37,413 nucleotides of DNA, taken from a virus. Its lineage: Duplodnaviria > Caudoviricetes. Positions 35,831-37,413 of the stretch are shown piece after piece. The notes below the pieces were generated by a model that ran no database searches, was not told the DNA's origin, and saw nothing but the letters and a program-made list of their open reading frames with translations. The translations under genes and the position numbers were made by a program. Where the stretch lies: positions 1-37,413 of IMG/VR virus record IMGVR_UViG_3300038679_000031; one strand, 5' to 3'. Each line of letters starts with the position of its first letter. Position 1 is the stretch's first letter.

Positions 35831-36112
35831 CTATTTTACTGGTTTATCCGCTGGACCATTTACATCCAAGATCGCAGCGTATTTATTTTTGAGGTCTGGC
35901 ATCTGCATCACGAGTCTTTTATCCAACACCTTGATACGGTTAATATCGAGCCATCGAGAATCGACTTCTTTGCCATCTTTATCCACTTTGTGCGTAAGAA
36001 TTACCTGTATGCAACCATACAAATCAAAACAAACCGAAGTAATAATCCCCTTGAAGTCGGTTATGATGTCTTTGCCTTTGCATCCCAGCAATCCAATTAC
36101 CTGATCGTACAT
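35831..36112 (-). CDS. conserved phage hypothetical protein (SH3-like)
   Basis: LG..KDIITDFKGII....DLYGCIQ...W.D..R, GP C-terminus; GAAAGGA RBS. Confidence 0.7.
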   Translation of the reverse strand: MYDQVIGLLGCKGKDIITDFKGIITSVCFDLYGCIQVILTHKVDKDGKEVDSRWLDINRIKVLDKRLVMQMPDLKNKYAAILDVNGPADKPVK

Positions 36113-36127
36113 CGCAGTATTTCCTTT

Positions 36128-36643
36128 CTATTTGGGTTCGATGACTTCGCAATTTAGATACTTTACGCCCCAATTTAGAGCGGCTCTGTGGTCTTTGAAG
36201 AGTATATCCAATCGGTCGTATTCAAGTACATTCCCGGCAACTTTGTCGCCTGCCGCCTTGATACTGCCTCCGCGATCTCGTGTAACGACCCTGCCAATTC
36301 CAGGGATATTGATGATTGTGCCGAAGGGGTAGGATTTGGGGGCGGCACAAATTCGCCCGTAGTCGGCGGCGGTGATGACGTGGTTGTCAGCAGTTCTTCC
36401 ATCCGCGAATCGTCCGCAGCAGCAGGGGCCGGGGCAATATGCGGAGATTCTGAATCTTTTTGTATTAGTATTGTCCTTGACCGTACATCGTTCAACTGTT
36501 TTTCCATCCACTCGATACGATTTTCCCTGGTCAGTTTCATTTTCTCTCCTTGCCAAAAGATATTTGATCGGTAGCCCGGCCAGCAAGACCGAGCAAAACG
36601 CAAGCCAACACCACCAGCACAAATGCCTGTCTTCGATTTTCAT
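36128..36643 (-). CDS. 3D-domain (MltA-like) cell wall hydrolase with N-terminal membrane anchor
   Basis: ISAYCP..CCG..ADG.TA, AAP..YPFGT.I.IPG, DRGGSIK, RLDILF..H..ALNWG. Confidence 0.85.
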   Translation of the reverse strand: MKIEDRHLCWWCWLAFCSVLLAGLPIKYLLARRENETDQGKSYRVDGKTVERCTVKDNTNTKRFRISAYCPGPCCCGRFADGRTADNHVITAADYGRICAAPKSYPFGTIINIPGIGRVVTRDRGGSIKAAGDKVAGNVLEYDRLDILFKDHRAALNWGVKYLNCEVIEPK

Positions 36644-36984
36644 TTCGCATCCTCCATCAGCCGCGCCGCGGCGGCAAGAATTTTCCCAGAGGATAGCAGC
36701 CGCATGGAGTTGATCATCATGGACTTGGCCGCGGAGATTTCTTCGGCCTTACGCAACTCGGCTGCGTAGTAGCGCATCATCTTCTCATGGTCCAACAGGC
36801 AGTCTGTGCAGACGTTGGCCTGTGTGCAAAGGTGGTCTCTGGTGATGCAATCGCCGGATTGACATATAAAGTGGCCGCAAACGTTACAGTCGATCATATT
36901 GGATTTTGCTTGTAACTGCTGACAACAATGACAGACAAATTCGTCGTCTCGGAGATCAAAATAGTGTGTACTCTGTGCAATCAT
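36640..36984 (-). CDS. Cys-rich zinc-binding hypothetical protein
   Basis: CHCC, CNVC, CQSGDC, CTDC then coiled coil. Confidence 0.6.
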   Translation of the reverse strand: MIAQSTHYFDLRDDEFVCHCCQQLQAKSNMIDCNVCGHFICQSGDCITRDHLCTQANVCTDCLLDHEKMMRYYAAELRKAEEISAAKSMMINSMRLLSSGKILAAAARLMEDAK

Positions 36985-37013
36985 GGGTTTTTTCCTTTTT
37001 TAAGGAGGAAGAT

Positions 37014-37413
37014 TCAAGCGGTGTGGATCGCCAGCTTGACTCCAGTACGATCGATGCAAACAGCATTACCTTTTAGCGGGATTACAGATGTGGTGTAGTT
37101 GACGATAGTTGCGTTCTCTTTGCCCTTGACCTCGGCCGAGCCGCCATAGACCTCGGCCGAGCCGCCATAGACACGAACCGAGCCGCCATAGACCACAGCC
37201 GAGCCGCCATTGACACGAACCGAGCCGCCATAGACCACAGCCGAGCCGCCATAGACCACAGCCGAGCCGCCATAGACACGAACCGAGCCGCCATAGACCA
37301 CAGCCGAGCCGCCATTGACCACAGCCGAGCCGCCATAGACACGAACCGAGCCGCCATAGACCACAGCCGAGCCGCCATAGACCTCTGCCGAGCCGCCATT
37401 GACACGAACCGAG
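37014..37413 (-). CDS. heptapeptide-repeat (VYGGSAV) beta-solenoid-like protein, 5' end outside window
   Basis: Frame open to window edge; 21-bp tandem repeat about 37131-37413; unique C-terminal cap. Confidence 0.7.
   Translation of the reverse strand, partial: SVRVNGGSAEVYGGSAVVYGGSVRVYGGSAVVNGGSAVVYGGSVRVYGGSAVVYGGSAVVYGGSVRVNGGSAVVYGGSVRVYGGSAEVYGGSAEVKGKENATIVNYTTSVIPLKGNAVCIDRTGVKLAIHTA

Overview
The window is part of a tailed dsDNA phage or prophage with HK97-fold head genes and a siphovirus-type tail. No integrase, replication genes or host genes are visible, and the right end cuts through a gene. A divergent sigma70-type promoter pair at about 589-668 separates short leftward genes from a rightward late operon (675-25222). 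That operon encodes an HTH regulator, HNH nuclease, terminase, portal, S49 protease and major capsid protein. It continues with a sulfotransferase and a methyltransferase/glycosyltransferase inserted in the head module, the neck genes, two tandem tail-tube paralogues, a frameshifting chaperone pair, a short tape measure, tail-tip genes, holin-like genes and three large signal-peptide proteins. A convergent minus-strand arm (25219-37413) carries modification and accessory genes: FkbM-like, RuvC-like, PnuC-like, a C5 methyltransferase with motif IX in an overlapping frame, a Dam-like methylase with a 45-bp repeat, ASCH, YkgJ, DUF5131, DUF6948 and a 3D-domain protein. The most unusual region is 31.3-34.8 kb. 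It holds five tandem paralogous genes, each with a constant head and a different number (21, 6, 15, 10, 18) of combinatorial V-x-x-x-Q-x hexapeptides. Upstream lie three anticodon-less tRNA-shaped elements, two ending in NCCA and two with complementary loops. All family assignments are by motif recognition only; no searches were run.
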